From the NCBI GenBank assembly GCA_950097015.1, contig CATNEN010000007.1:1-64000 (forward strand): 64,000 bases of DNA. Reading direction: 5' to 3'. A program made the position numbers and the translations under genes. The DNA comes from Macrostomum hystrix (lineage: Eukaryota > Animalia > Platyhelminthes). A model generated the notes under the pieces. It did no database searches. It saw nothing but the letters and a program-made list of their open reading frames with translations, and was not told the DNA's origin. Positions 22,698 to 35,010 of the stretch are shown one piece after another; the stretch's first letter is position 1; each line of letters starts with the position of its first letter.

Positions 22698-23612
22698 TCA
22701 CGGCAGCCGCACCGCACGAATGTAGGTGCTGGCCTCAGTTGTCTGCAGCTCCTGCCGACTCAGCATCCGCAACTTCATCGTGACTTTGTCGCCAGCCCGC
22801 AGCGTCACCAGAATGTTCAGCTTGCAGACGAGGCTGACATCCGTGACAGCGGTGCCAGGCTCCGATTGCAACATCTCGTGCTCGCAGACGCGCCTACCGA
22901 TCACACCGTTGATGGCCAAGCCGCCGGACAGGTGCAAGTCACCCGAGCTGAAGCGAACGCGCGCGGCTGCGTCAACGATGTAGACGCTGTCGCGAAGGGC
23001 ACGGATGTGCCTCCGGTCGGGCGTCAGCTCAAAGTCCTCGGCCAGCTCGCCAAAATGCTTGAGTGGCCCCAGACTGCCAGCAGTCATGTATCGCCTGGCC
23101 TCCCAGCAGGGGTCGCCAGGGCATGCGCCGGTGTTGGACACGTCCAGAAAGAACTCTGACAGTCGGGCGCTCTGCGGCTTGTCCTGTCTGTGTGGGCTGC
23201 TCAATCGGCCGATCTGCTGCAAGTTTCGGACGCTGAGGGCCAGCGCAACGAGCGCGCAGGTCGCGACGGCCACGCCAGCGACGACTCCAAGGCGGGGCCT
23301 CCAGCAGCTTTGAGATGATCGTAGCCTCGAGGATGTGACACCTTCTTCTAGTCGGCATAGCTCCGTCGGGGTGACGCACTTCGATTCAAGTTCGCTGAAA
23401 TTATCCGTGATAGTTTCGGCTGAGCCATCCACTGCCTGGTGGGCCTTGTCGGTTACTCTCATGGCTGTGGCTGAGTTCTTGTGAGTTTGAATTTTAGCTA
23501 CCTTTTTTACGGCGCGTTTAAATTTTGTTAAAACGGACGCTTCCCCGATAAATCCCTGGATTGGCCCTGGCACAAGCCGTTGGCGACGTTCCTTATAGCT
23601 CGGTGCTGGCAT
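22698..23612 (-). CDS. TNF-like gene T3: intronless type II membrane TNF-homology protein (304 aa)
   Basis: Long N-terminal tail, TM GVVAGVAVATCALVALAL, domain with IRALRDSVYIVDAAARV, LRAGDKVTMKL and STYIRAVRL. Confidence 0.8.
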   Translation of the reverse strand: MPAPSYKERRQRLVPGPIQGFIGEASVLTKFKRAVKKVAKIQTHKNSATAMRVTDKAHQAVDGSAETITDNFSELESKCVTPTELCRLEEGVTSSRLRSSQSCWRPRLGVVAGVAVATCALVALALSVRNLQQIGRLSSPHRQDKPQSARLSEFFLDVSNTGACPGDPCWEARRYMTAGSLGPLKHFGELAEDFELTPDRRHIRALRDSVYIVDAAARVRFSSGDLHLSGGLAINGVIGRRVCEHEMLQSEPGTAVTDVSLVCKLNILVTLRAGDKVTMKLRMLSRQELQTTEASTYIRAVRLP

Positions 23613-23921
23613 GTACACGCGTGCGTAATCTATTTTTAGTTTTTTAGCATTCGGAATTTCCCTGGTACTTCCAATGGCCTTCTTGACTTCCTTCTAGTGA
23701 CTCAATTAAGAAGTACGTTTTTTAACACAAGGAAGTTTGCTTTGGTACAAGCAATGAGTCATGCTGATACTATTGCGAAAAAAATTCAAACAATTCTTTT
23801 TTGTAATAACAGCCTAGCATTCTTATCTACCCTAAAAGTGGACTAAGGATTGTAAAGAGTGGTAAAGCCTTCGTGATTTCCTCTAAACAATTGTGCTTTA
23901 ATGATCTCTGTATAGTATTTT

Positions 23922-24697
23922 AGAATGCCTGAAGAGTGTCTCAGCATCCCTGAAGAGTGTCTCAGTATCACTGAAGAGTGTCTCAGTATCACTGAAGAGT
24001 GTCTCAGTATCCCTGAAGAGTGTCTTAGCATCACTGAAGAGTGTCTTAGCATCACTGAAGAGTGTCTTAGTATCCCTGAAGAGTGTCTTAGTATCACTGA
24101 AGAGTGTCTCAGTATCCCTTAAGAGTGTCTCAGTATCCCTGAAGAGTGTCTTAGTATCCCTGAAGAGTGTCTAAGTATCCCTGAAGAGTGTCTCAGTATC
24201 CCTGAAGAGTGTCTCAGTATCCTTGAAGAGTGTCTCAGTATCCCTGAAGAGTGTCTTAGTATCACTGAAGAGTGTCTCAGTATCCCTGAAGAGTGTCTTA
24301 GTATCCCTGAAGAGTGTCTTAGCATCACTGAAGAGTGTCTTAGCATCACTGAAGAGTGTCTCAGTATCCCTGAAGAGTGTCTTAGCATCACTGAAGAGTG
24401 TCTTAGTATCCCTGAAGAGTGTCTCAGTATCACTGAAGAGTGTCTCAGTATCCCTGAAGAGTGTCTCAGTATCCCTGAAGAGTGTCTCAGCATCCCTGAA
24501 GAGTGTCTTAGCATCCCTGAAGAGTGTCTCAGTATCCCTGAAGAGTGTCTCAGTATCCCTGAAGAGTGTCTCAGTATCCCTGAAGAGTGTCTAAGTATCA
24601 CTGAAGACTGTCTCAGTATCCCTGAACAGTGTCTCAGCATCCCTGAAGAGTGTCTCAGCATCCCTGAAGAGTGTCTCAGCACTCCTGAAGAGTGTCA
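23922..24697. repeat. Second array of the same 21-bp satellite
   Basis: Same unit and orientation as 12950-17524; degenerate units trail to ~24830. Confidence 0.97.
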
Positions 24698-25243
24698 AAG
24701 TACCATGTAGTTTGTCCACAAAGTTTTCACTAAATTGAAACCGTAGGGTCCCAGAAGAATGTGTGGGACATCCCTGAAGAGTATCGGGGAAGCCTGGAAG
24801 TGTCCTTTAGTCCCTGAAGGGTTCTTGCGTATCATTAAAGAGATTAGAAGACATCGAAATTTTTATGGCTAATAAGCTAGCAAAACTTTTCTGAATTTTC
24901 AGAATTCCGTGTATTGTAACACTAGATGACTGGTTGCACTTGCTAGTATATTTTGGCTAACAGAATGTGTTCCATTAAGAAAGTTTTAATGATGATATAT
25001 ACACGAAATATAAAGCTTTGGTATAAAACAGCTATGCTTTTATGCAGGACATGCAATTTTGTAATGTTGGACGATTAGCGTCAAATAATAAAAAGTAACG
25101 AGATAGATGTTAATAAATGGAAGAGTAATGGAGCAGTAACAGCATGCCGCCAATTAGAACACTGCAGCTACATTGATTGAAGCAACTCGCACAATAAACG
25201 GTCATTCGGTCATGTAATCCTGCAATGGATGCTCACAGTGTGC

Positions 25244-26041
25244 TCATCCGATGCGGACCAGCCTTAGAAATGTACTCCGGGATGATTTCTGAACCATCTG
25301 CCGATTGTGCAGGTTCAGTTTGATTGACAGCTCATCTCCGGCCAGCAGTTTGGCGTATCCGCTGAGCTGGCACTGCAGAGTCTCCGACTGCAGCCCCAGA
25401 GACTCTGCTGGCAGCACGGGGAGGCGCTGGAGACAGTTCAGCACATCCATTTTTTCCAGATTTTTGGAGCTGCCCGCTTGCTGTCTAATGACCTCGATAG
25501 AGCCCTGCAGAGCCAGGCTGCCGGACTCGAAGGTCACGCGCACCTGAGCGTCAATGCCGAACACACCTGGACGCAGGATGCGAACCCGGCGTCGATCCTC
25601 GGTCAGCTGGAAGCAGCCAGCTTGGCTGGTTTGGTCTGTCTGGCGCAGCCGGCCCAGGCCAGTTTTGGTCATCATGTACTGCACGCCACTCAGGCACGGG
25701 TTTTCCAAGTTGCCTTCGTCCTCACATTTCTTCAAGGAAGATATGTCCAGAGCGAAAGCTGCGAATTGTGCCTGCGACTCGGCTGACTGCTGCTGCTGCT
25801 GCTGCATGGCCTGAAACAAACGTCTTCTTCCGCTGATATTGCCTTTGAGCATCTCGTCTAGGCCAGCCGGTGAGTTCCGGTCTCCAATGACAACAAGGCA
25901 GATGGCAACGAGGCCTAGCAGCAAGCCGGACCCAGCAGCGGTGGCAAGGCAGGCTTTGCGGCACGAGCCGGATCGCCTAGGAGCAGCGGAATTCACTTCA
26001 ATAGCTGACGGAGTCTGCACCAGAGGAAGTTCTTGAGACAT
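25244..26041 (-). CDS. TNF-like gene T4: type II membrane TNF-homology protein with an intronless CDS, EF-disulfide type (265 aa)
   Basis: TM GLLLGLVAICLVVIG. VRILRPGVFGIDAQVRV; NCLQRLP...QCQLSGYAKLLAGDELSI resembles the BAFF/EDA pattern; ends STFLRLVRI. Probable short 5'UTR intron (~26096-26045) and TATATA at ~26130. Confidence 0.85.
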   Translation of the reverse strand: MSQELPLVQTPSAIEVNSAAPRRSGSCRKACLATAAGSGLLLGLVAICLVVIGDRNSPAGLDEMLKGNISGRRRLFQAMQQQQQQSAESQAQFAAFALDISSLKKCEDEGNLENPCLSGVQYMMTKTGLGRLRQTDQTSQAGCFQLTEDRRRVRILRPGVFGIDAQVRVTFESGSLALQGSIEVIRQQAGSSKNLEKMDVLNCLQRLPVLPAESLGLQSETLQCQLSGYAKLLAGDELSIKLNLHNRQMVQKSSRSTFLRLVRIG

Positions 26042-26507
26042 GCCTGCTCTGATCTTATGCTCGTAGCAACAAAACTTGTCACGAATTACAGCTTACTTTC
26101 ACAGCACACACGCGCTTTTTATCTGTATGTATATATAGATTTGAGCGGAGTACCGTTAGACCACACAGTCTGGCCACTGTGCGACTAAAATTAGCTAGAG
26201 AGTAAGTTAAACGCGGTTGTCATTTACTTTGGTATGACCAGTGAAAAGCAGATTTGCGGTTTCAGACACCAGAGCCATTCTCTACTGTTTATTGAATTCA
26301 AAAGATATATGCCTAGTAAGCGTCACACTACAATAAGCGAAACGACACTTTTTTACACTTTCATCATTTATTTTTAGCTGCAAAAACAAGCATTTTTTCT
26401 AAAATTAGAAGTTAATTCCTTGTGTGACGCGTCCGCAAAGATTTTACTTTAGATCTTCTTATGGCGGTATACAAATATAGCAATATTTTTAATTTTTTTT
26501 TTACTTC

Positions 26508-27060
<553 letters not shown>

Positions 27061-27870
27061 TTTTTAGTTTCGGTTTTTTGGTTGTTTGTTAGTTTGGTAG
27101 TTTGTTAGTTAGTTTGTTTCCTTAAACTGGGAATTTTTTTAATTTCTGCGAACTCCAAAGACGGTCATTTTCCGCTAATCCGGAAATTCCGTTGCAAAAT
27201 TATTGGCGTCTTCCTTCACATCGTCATCTGGAAGTGCACATTGCGGATGTTTTTAAGAGTATGAAAATGTTTTCTGTTACTCTGTGTACCCATTTTACGC
27301 ACGGAAATCTGAACTTAGATCATATAAGCAAGTCGCGAAGGTTTTTTTACTTGTAACACTGCAAAGCTTTACCAAATGAAATTGAATTTCTAGAATGTGC
27401 TGATAAAATTAGCATTCAACATTCTAAAATTAAACAAACAAGGTAGCGTTTAGCTTCTTAGCGAACTTGCTTAACTGCCTTTTTAACTACTCGCGCATCT
27501 TAATTTAGTCAGAAAGAATGCCGTGAATGCGGATTTGCCCTTTTGTTATCTAGCCTAGTTATTACAGGATGGAGCCCTGTACATTAACCGGGCGCAACGT
27601 ACATACGCCCGTTAAACTGGCCTGGGACAGGTTAAAAACCGGAGCGAATGTACACTCCTAAGTGTACACTTAGTGAAGAGGTCCCGCGGAAAGCCCGCAA
27701 GCATTATGGCTAAAATTAGAAAGGGAAGTTCACCACCCACCCCCCTTCCAGCTGCATAAATTTTTCGTTTTTCGCTTTCTTAGTTCTCAGAAATAAAAAC
27801 GCTAAACGCAACTGTTTATAATTCTGAATTGTGGACCAGCTGAAATCATCAAACTCAAACAGCCTGCAAC

Positions 27871-29979
27871 ATGAATGGACCGTACGAGAATCTGATCCAG
27901 TCGGGCCTCGATAACCCAGCATGTTTGGATCACGCGGAATATGGGCCAATTGAGAAGCGATTTGTCAAACGACTCGACGATGCTTATCGAGTTAAAAGTT
28001 TGACTGCCAAATTTTCTGTCATTTGCACCGTGATCCTGCTGGTGGCAGCGGCCTCTACAACTGGCATGTCCGGCTGGGCCTATTATTCGATGCGGCAGAG
28101 AGCTGACAATAGTCCATGCGTGAGCACCGATATACTAAATATGAATTTTAAATAAAATACTAAATTCACTTGCACTGATTTTCATTGCAGACCTACACAG
28201 CCTTTGTCTTGGACACTGATGCCATACAGTCATGCGGACTGCCTGCTATGCACCACCCACCGTGTCAGATTAACTCCACCGGGGCATTGTTGACCTCTGA
28301 GATGTGTAAGTTGTGGATTTGCTTCTAAATCTGCTTTGTAAAGCTAGATTATCAATCCATTCTGTCCTCCGAGGCTAGATTAACAAACCATTGTATTCTC
28401 CGAGGCTAGATTAGCAATCCATTCCATCCTCCGAGGCTAGATTAGCAATCCATTCTGTCCTCCGAGGCTAGATTAACAAACCATTGTATTCTCCGAGGCT
28501 AGATTAGCAATCTTTTCTATCCTCCGAGGCTAGATTAGCAATCTTTTCTATCCTCCGACGCTAGATTAGCAATCTATTCTATCCTCCGACGCTAGATTAG
28601 CAATCTATTCTATCCTCCGAGGCTAGATTAGCAATCTATTCTATCCTCCGACGCTAGATTAGCAATCTATTCTATCCTCCGAGGCTAGATTAGCAATCTT
28701 TTCTATCCTCCGAGGCTAGATTAGCAATCTTTTCTATCCTCCGAGGCTAGATTAGCAATCTTTTCTATCCTCCGAGGCTAGATTAGCAATCTTTTCTATC
28801 CTCCGAGGCTAGATTAGCAATCTTTTCTATCCTCCGAGGCTAGATTAGCAATCCATTGTATTCTCCGAGGAAAGATTAGCAATCCATTGTATTCTCCGAG
28901 GAAAGATTAGCAATCCATTGTTTTCTCCGAGGCTAGATTAGCAATCGATGATAATCTCCTAAGCTAGACTATGTATTATATTAGTCATGCACCTATGACT
29001 CAAACGGCACAAACTTAATGAAGAAAAGAACAGTTTGATGCGAAAGTTTATTTTAAGCAACACAAGGTAATTACTGCCCAACACTTAGAAAAAGGATGTG
29101 CAATTATACTGAATCTGTACGCGTGCTTCACTCATTGAAGCTAACTAGGATGTCCCGCCTGTAACTTCTAAAAATGTTTGCTAAATTTATTACTATATTC
29201 AAATTTCCCTACTATCAGTAGAGTAGGTAGTAGGTTCTTGCAATTTTTAATTGAACGATGTGGAGCAGCCATGTTTATTTGCACAGTCAACAACGCAGTG
29301 GGGCCCTGGAAATCTGGAGAGCTGGACGGTGTTGTCGACGGCGGCTACAGCGGCAGCGTCTGCGGCTTCGAGCTGGAGAGGTCTAGGACCCACCTGGTTG
29401 TGCGCCAGCCTGGCTTGTACCAGCTGACTGGCCAGGTGAGCTAGAGGGCGAGGTAGAACGATTCGGCCAATAAATCATAATTGATTAATCAATCCATGAT
29501 CCATCGATTAAACAAACAAAGAATTACTAAGTTATTCAAAAGATAAATCGATCTATAAATAGAATAACACCGATCTATAAATAGAATAACCGATCTATAA
29601 ATAGAATAATCGATCAATAAATAGAGTAATCGATCGAATAATAAAATATTCGATCGATAAACTGCCGTATCGATCGACAAAGAGACTAAATCGATCGATT
29701 AAAAATCGATCAATGAAAGAGTATATAAAACGACGAATTACTTGTTGCTAGGTAACCTTCACTGACGATGGCCCGGCCCACCTGGAGTGGCAGGTGAATC
29801 ACGCCGAGTGGATCGCCGTGAAGCGCGGCCGCGGCGATCGCGCCGGGCCAACTCAGGCCCGCCTGGAGGCCGTGCGCCGGCTGGCCGCCGGAGACAAGCT
29901 GTCGCTGCACCTGGACCGGGGCGAGAGGCGCCTAGCAACCCCTGCCCCCACTACCCACATCGGGCTTGTCCGCCTCTGA
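27871..29979 (+). CDS. TNF-like gene T5: type II membrane TNF-homology protein (246 aa)
   Basis: Exons 27871-28119, 28191-28305, 29287-29435, 29752-29979. GT-AG introns, phases 0/1/0, 741 nt open. TM FSVICTVILLVAAA. The spliced product gives the signature LVVRQPGLYQLTGQ|VTF, then LAAGDKLSL and THIGLVRL. Confidence 0.88.
28344..28945. repeat. 31-bp minisatellite (TCCGAGGCTAGATTAGCAATCTTTTCTATCC)n in T5 intron 2
   Basis: Direct inspection, ~19 units. Confidence 0.95.
29540..29710. repeat. Degenerate ~20-22-bp ATCGAT-rich repeat in T5 intron 3
   Basis: Recurrent CGATCTATAAATAGAATAA units. Confidence 0.75.
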
Positions 29980-30593
29980 ACTGTCCTGACCGTGCTGAGG
30001 CAAGTGGACTACTGAAGTGGACTACTAAATGGCCAATGTTTGATTTTTAGGTTTTTTATTGCAGCATAATGTAATAAGCTTGCACAAATTCATTGATCAA
30101 TGCGCTCGAAAGCATGACTCACTCAGTCCATTGTTTTTTTACTTGCCTTTGCACATTCTAACTGTAAATGTATTTCCCGAAGTGATACTTTTGCCTTATA
30201 GCTAGCAGCTGACTGCTTAATTAATTATTTGGTGTAACAATGCTTTCTGATTTATTTTAATCTGCTTTACGGACATTAATAAATAACGACTAAAGACCAG
30301 CTTTTTAAACGTTTAAACAAAATTTCAAAATTCAAAACGACATTTTTTTATATTAAACTTTTTTTTATAATTATTGAAAACTGAAGCTTGAAAATGATCA
30401 AACAAACACTCGAACAAAGAAACTTTAATTTCTGCTTGACTTTTCCAGTTTGCGATATTATGTATAAGCAACAAAAAATGGGAAGAGAAAACAAAAGCTG
30501 CAATTCTATTTTTGCTGGATAAATTATTTGAAAAAGTACTAAAGTTTAGACACCCTAAACATACTACTATTTCTTTTTTCAAGTCCTCCGATC

Positions 30594-30797
30594 CACTTGT
30601 TCACCCACCCTCCCAGTTCACACTTGTTCACCCACCCTTCCAGTTCACACTTGTTCACCCACCCTTCCAGTTCACACTTGTTCACCCACCCTTCCAGTTC
30701 ACACTTGCTCACCCACCCTTCCAGTTCACACTTGTTCACCCACCCTCCCAGTTCACACTTGTTCACCCACCCTTCCAGTTCACATTTGTTCACCCAA
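30594..30797. repeat. 27-bp minisatellite (TTCACACTTGTTCACCCACCCTTCCAG)n
   Basis: Direct inspection, ~8 units, directly after the glycosyltransferase stop codon. Confidence 0.92.
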
Positions 30798-30810
30798 AGT
30801 TCTCGTACAG

Positions 30811-33800
30811 TCAGGCGTAGCACAGTCTGGCAGCCAGCCTGGTGTTCTCAAGCTCCGCTGGTCCCAGAGGCCCGCCGCCCGCATTGTTAGGCCTGCCCAG
30901 CAGCAGTTCGCCGACTGGGAATCGCCGCAGGGGCCGCCGCCGTTCGTTTCGAGCGGCAGCCGGGTAGCCCAGGTGCAAGAACCGGTGAACGCCCAGCGTA
31001 TTGGAGGTGAGCCACTTCTCAGCCAGCTGACTGTAGCCGGATTGGCTCAGCTTGCGACAGGCAGCGAGCTTCAGCGGATTGTTTTCGCGGCTCTCTGACG
31101 CTCGGATGTGAAAATAATAGTTCTGATGCAACCGGTGGGATGCCGCTCGGCTTCCTGCCGGATTCAGGAGTCGCTCTGCGATGTGGTAATTTTGCACATA
31201 ACGAATTTCTAATTCGCGCACTTTAAGTCCAGCCAGTGGATATTTTTAGATCTGAGTGAGCGACTCTCAATGTACGTAGGTAATGTACTTTGGCTATTTT
31301 TAGATCTGAGTGAGCGACTCTCAATGTACGTAGGTAATGTACGCTGACTATTTTCAAATATGAGAGTGCAAATGGTAGTGTACATAGATTATGTTCGTTT
31401 GTTAATTTTAGATCTCATAGTCTTAACCTCATTGTACATAGGTAATGTACGCTGGCTATTTTTAGATCAGAGAGTGCAACTCGAAGTAAAGTTAGATTAT
31501 GTTCGTTGGCTTCGTTTAGATCTAGGAGTACAAATCGCAATTTACCATAGGTAATGAACGCATACATATTCTTTGTTTTAATGAGTTGTAAACAGACTGT
31601 ACAAATATGCGCTTATAGAACATTTGTGCGTAAAGCGGTGCTTTATACTGTTAAGCTACACTCGTAATATTTTACATTATTTTATCTAGCAGTTGATGTA
31701 AGTTATTGCTGGGAAAAGTACATTTGTAAAGCTTTTTTTCTTTGAAGACACATGAGATGCATTCAAATGTTTGAACTTACCACAGACAGACTTCAATAAC
31801 GCTGATCTATCCAACAATGGTGAGAACACACTCGGACTCAACAGTCTCAGGCGCTGACTCAAGTTGGGCGTCACGGAGCGGTACTGCTGGTACTGCTGAG
31901 TCAGGTAGATGGGCCCCGTGGAGCTGATTATGTCTTCAACTGTAAGGCAGGATAATTAACACGCGATAAAATCCATTATCTGCGTGACTTGTACAGAAAG
32001 ATATGCTATTAGCAGCGATGACTCATCGCCAGTCGATGGCGTGGGGTGGGTGTCGACGAAATCGTGATAAGGCATCAACCAATTGGAGAAAAGTGAACTA
32101 TTTTTAGACTGCTAAGTGCTAATTCATACCGTTTTTCTTGCTAGGCAGGTTCTGTATAACTTGCTCCAGAAACGGATGCCTCTTCGTACAGCCGATGACA
32201 GAATTCATGACCGAGTACTCGATGCCGTGCAGAATTTGAGTCTGCTCCGGGCGTTCTTGATCGAAGAAGCAGGTCTCAGTGGCCACAAGGGAGTCTAGCG
32301 GTTGTATGCAGTGCACGTCCATGTCTATGTACACACCTGCCATGGACAAGGAAACAACGAATCAAAGAAGGACATTGACCATCAACTTCGCCGTGAAAGG
32401 TAGATATTACTTTTAATTAAGTGTTTACCAAATCTACTTTTTATTAAGATTTGTAATGATTTAAAAAAACTAAATTTATTATTCGCAGTAACTGACAGTA
32501 AGAGATAACCCCAGAGATAAGGAGAAGGCTGAAGGGTAAAAGGAATGAGGACGGGTCAGAGGGTAAGAGCTGAAAAGGAGGGGGTGAGGAAAGAGAGACG
32601 AACAGCTAGCCAATCAGAGGCGAGGGAGAGGAGAGAGGAGAAAGTACAATAAGAGGTCACGCGAGCGTGAACTAACACAGAGAGATCAAGGAAAAGTAAT
32701 AACAAGACTTAAAGCGCTACAAGACGCGTACATTTGAATGTACTTTAGTGTACATATTAACGCATCGAATGTTACATTGGAGTGTAAATTCGTGCAAAAA
32801 GTAACTGAAATGTACATCAAAATCACAATGAACATTTTAATGAATCAGCGCCATAACGCATGACTATTAAGAGTATTAAGAGTAAGGCACACACAGTTTT
32901 TCCGATGCAATTCTTTTGTTGTAGGAAAAATCAAAGAAAAATGTTGTGGGTGGTGCCACATGCTAACAAGGGCCTCTGTCTACTATACAAATCTACTGTG
33001 CAGCATGCAACACTTGCCACTGTAAATAAGGTAGAAATGCCCACAGAATATTTTATTGAATAATTCATGGAATGCTTCATTTCAGTACGCCTGCCCAATC
33101 GGGCCAGATGTGCAGCCGACAGCACAGCCGCAGCTACTGCGTGGCACATCTGAAGGCTGCGTACGGCTGTTCAGTCCATGGACTGGAAGGACGCCACACC
33201 CACCCTCAATTACACCCGCTGATGCTGGTACCCAATTAACAGCTGGGTGAATTAAAGCAATGTAGAATTAATTGTTTTGCTAAAAAGCATAAACCTTGAC
33301 AGTGGAATCAGGATTCGAACCCCCCGACCTACAATCCGTGAGTCTAAAGCTTCAGCCACTAGGCTACAACCTCCTTTGCCTGCATGAATCATTCACACAA
33401 TGGCTCATACAATGGCTCATACAATGGTTCATACAATGGCTCATACAATGGCTCATACAATGGCTCATACAATGGCTCATACAATGGCTCATACAATGGT
33501 TCATACAATGGCTCATACAATGGCTCATACAATGGTTCATACAATGGCTCATACAATGGCTCATACAATGGCTCATACAATGGCTCATACAATGGCTCAT
33601 ACAATGGCTCATACAATGGCTCATACAATGGCTCATACAATGGCTCATACAATGGCTCATACAATGGCTCATACAATGGTTCATACAATGGCTCATACAA
33701 TGGCTCATACAATGGCTCATACAATGGCTCATACAATGGCTCATACAATGGCTCATACAATGGTTCATACAATGGCTCATACAATGGCTCATACAATGGT

Positions 33801-34756
33801 TCATACAATGGCTCATACAATGGCTCATACAATGGCTCATACAATGGTTCATACAATGGCTCATACAATGGCTCATACAATGGCTCATACAATGGCTCAT
33901 ACAATGGCTCATACAATGGCTCATACAATGGTTCATACAATGGCTCATACAATGGCTCATACAATGGCTCATACAATGGCTCATACAATGGCTCATACAA
34001 TGGCTCATACAATGGTTCATACAATGGCTCATACAATGGCTCATACAATGGTTCATACAATGGCTCATACAATGGCTCATACAATGGCTCATACAATGGC
34101 TCATACAATGGCTCATACAATGGCTCATACAATGGCTCATACAATGGTTCATACAATGGCTCATACAATGGCTCATACAATGGCTCATACAATGGCTCAT
34201 ACAATGGCTCATACAATGGCTCATTGAACTCACCGCCGAAGTGGTGCAGTATGAAGTACCTCAGTGCGTCTGACCTCTGCAGAGCCTTCTTATAGCCGTC
34301 AAACATTGGCAGGAAGTCCGCATAGTTCGCTTCAACAAACTTCCTGGCCTCCGAGTCTGTCCACAGGACGTAGACAAAATCAGGATTTCGGCGAATGCAG
34401 GAGGCGATCGAGTGGCGATACAGCTCCGGCACGATGTCGGTGGCATAGATCTGGTGCAGCAGCAGGGGAATCCTGCCATCGCACTGGCCCGTCAGGTTCA
34501 ACCGCCCAGTGGAGGCTCGCCTAGCCGCGGCCAGCTGTCGTATCCTGGCGTCGACATCCGGGTCTCCGGTCAGCTCGAGCCAGACCGGCTCGTCCCAGGT
34601 GAAGTAGATCCAGCCGCGGCTGACCGCGACCGTTAGGAGAAGCAGCAGAAGAGCGAGCAGCAGCGGCGGAAACAGGGAGACTGCGCAGGTCGGCTGGCCG
34701 AAACCGGGGCCGCAGCAGCAGGCGCGACGATGGAGGCTGCGGCAGAGCAGCCGCAT
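30811..34756 (-). CDS. GT32-family DXD glycosyltransferase (SUR1/Och1/A4GALT-like), type II membrane, ~417 aa
   Basis: Exons 34756-34234, 32336-32130, 31939-31781, 31175-30811 (last acceptor less certain); 1254 nt open. Motifs IPLLLHQIY, YVLWTD, SDALRYFILHHFGG|VYIDMD, HPFL, STGPIYLT. Confidence 0.88.
31243..31550. repeat. Degenerate ~55-60-bp tandem duplications in glycosyltransferase intron 3
   Basis: TTTTTAGATCTGAGTGAGCGACTCTCAATGTACGTAGGTAATGTAC occurs twice exactly, then as diverged copies. Confidence 0.7.
33085..33370 (-). mobile_element. CORE-type SINE family B, second copy
   Basis: Aligns by eye to 4305-4550 (AATCGGGCCAGATGTGC...GGACGCCACACCCACCCTC...GCTGATGCTGGT...CAGCTGGGTGAA), with reversed B/A boxes. 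Confidence 0.75.
33396..34224. repeat. 12-bp minisatellite (ATACAATGGCTC)n in glycosyltransferase intron 1
   Basis: Direct inspection, ~69 units, starting ~10 nt inside the donor. Confidence 0.97.
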
Positions 34757-34817
34757 CCCGGATGGACTCCACTTGTGGCTGGCAGGGTCGGATATTGTTT
34801 TATTAAAACTGCAGCAG

Positions 34818-35010
34818 CGATTCTAGCTTCGATTCTAGCTTCGATTCTATCTTCGATTCTAGCTTCGATTCTTGCTTCGATTCTAGCTTCGATTCTAGCT
34901 TCGATTCTAGCTTCGATTCTAGCTTCGATTCTAGCTTCGATTCTAGCTTCGATTCTAGCTTCGATTCTTGCTTCGATTCTTGCATCGATTCTAGCTGCGA
35001 TTCTAGCTAC
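34818..35010. repeat. 12-bp repeat (TTCTAGCTTCGA)n upstream of the glycosyltransferase ATG
   Basis: Direct inspection. Confidence 0.92.

Noticed and set aside
22653-23159. Plus-strand ORFs overlapping T3 (and similar antisense ORFs over T4, the Mab-21-like gene and nicalin)
   Set aside because: GC-rich antisense shadows of real coding exons.
23653-23662. kappa-B-like GGGAAATTCC ~40 bp upstream of the T3 ATG (near-match at 27181-27190)
   Set aside because: A few such degenerate decamers are expected by chance in 64 kb, and the presence of NF-kB in this organism cannot be established from the sequence.
28344-28945. CRISPR-like appearance of the 31-bp array (also the 54- and 60-bp arrays)
   Set aside because: Units are contiguous without unique spacers, lie in spliceosomal introns, and no cas genes are present.
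33296-34295. Repeat ORFs and the EPLY extension of the glycosyltransferase ORF
   Set aside because: The GTGAGT donor at 34233 removes the repeat; exon 2 supplies the expected G-VYIDMD.
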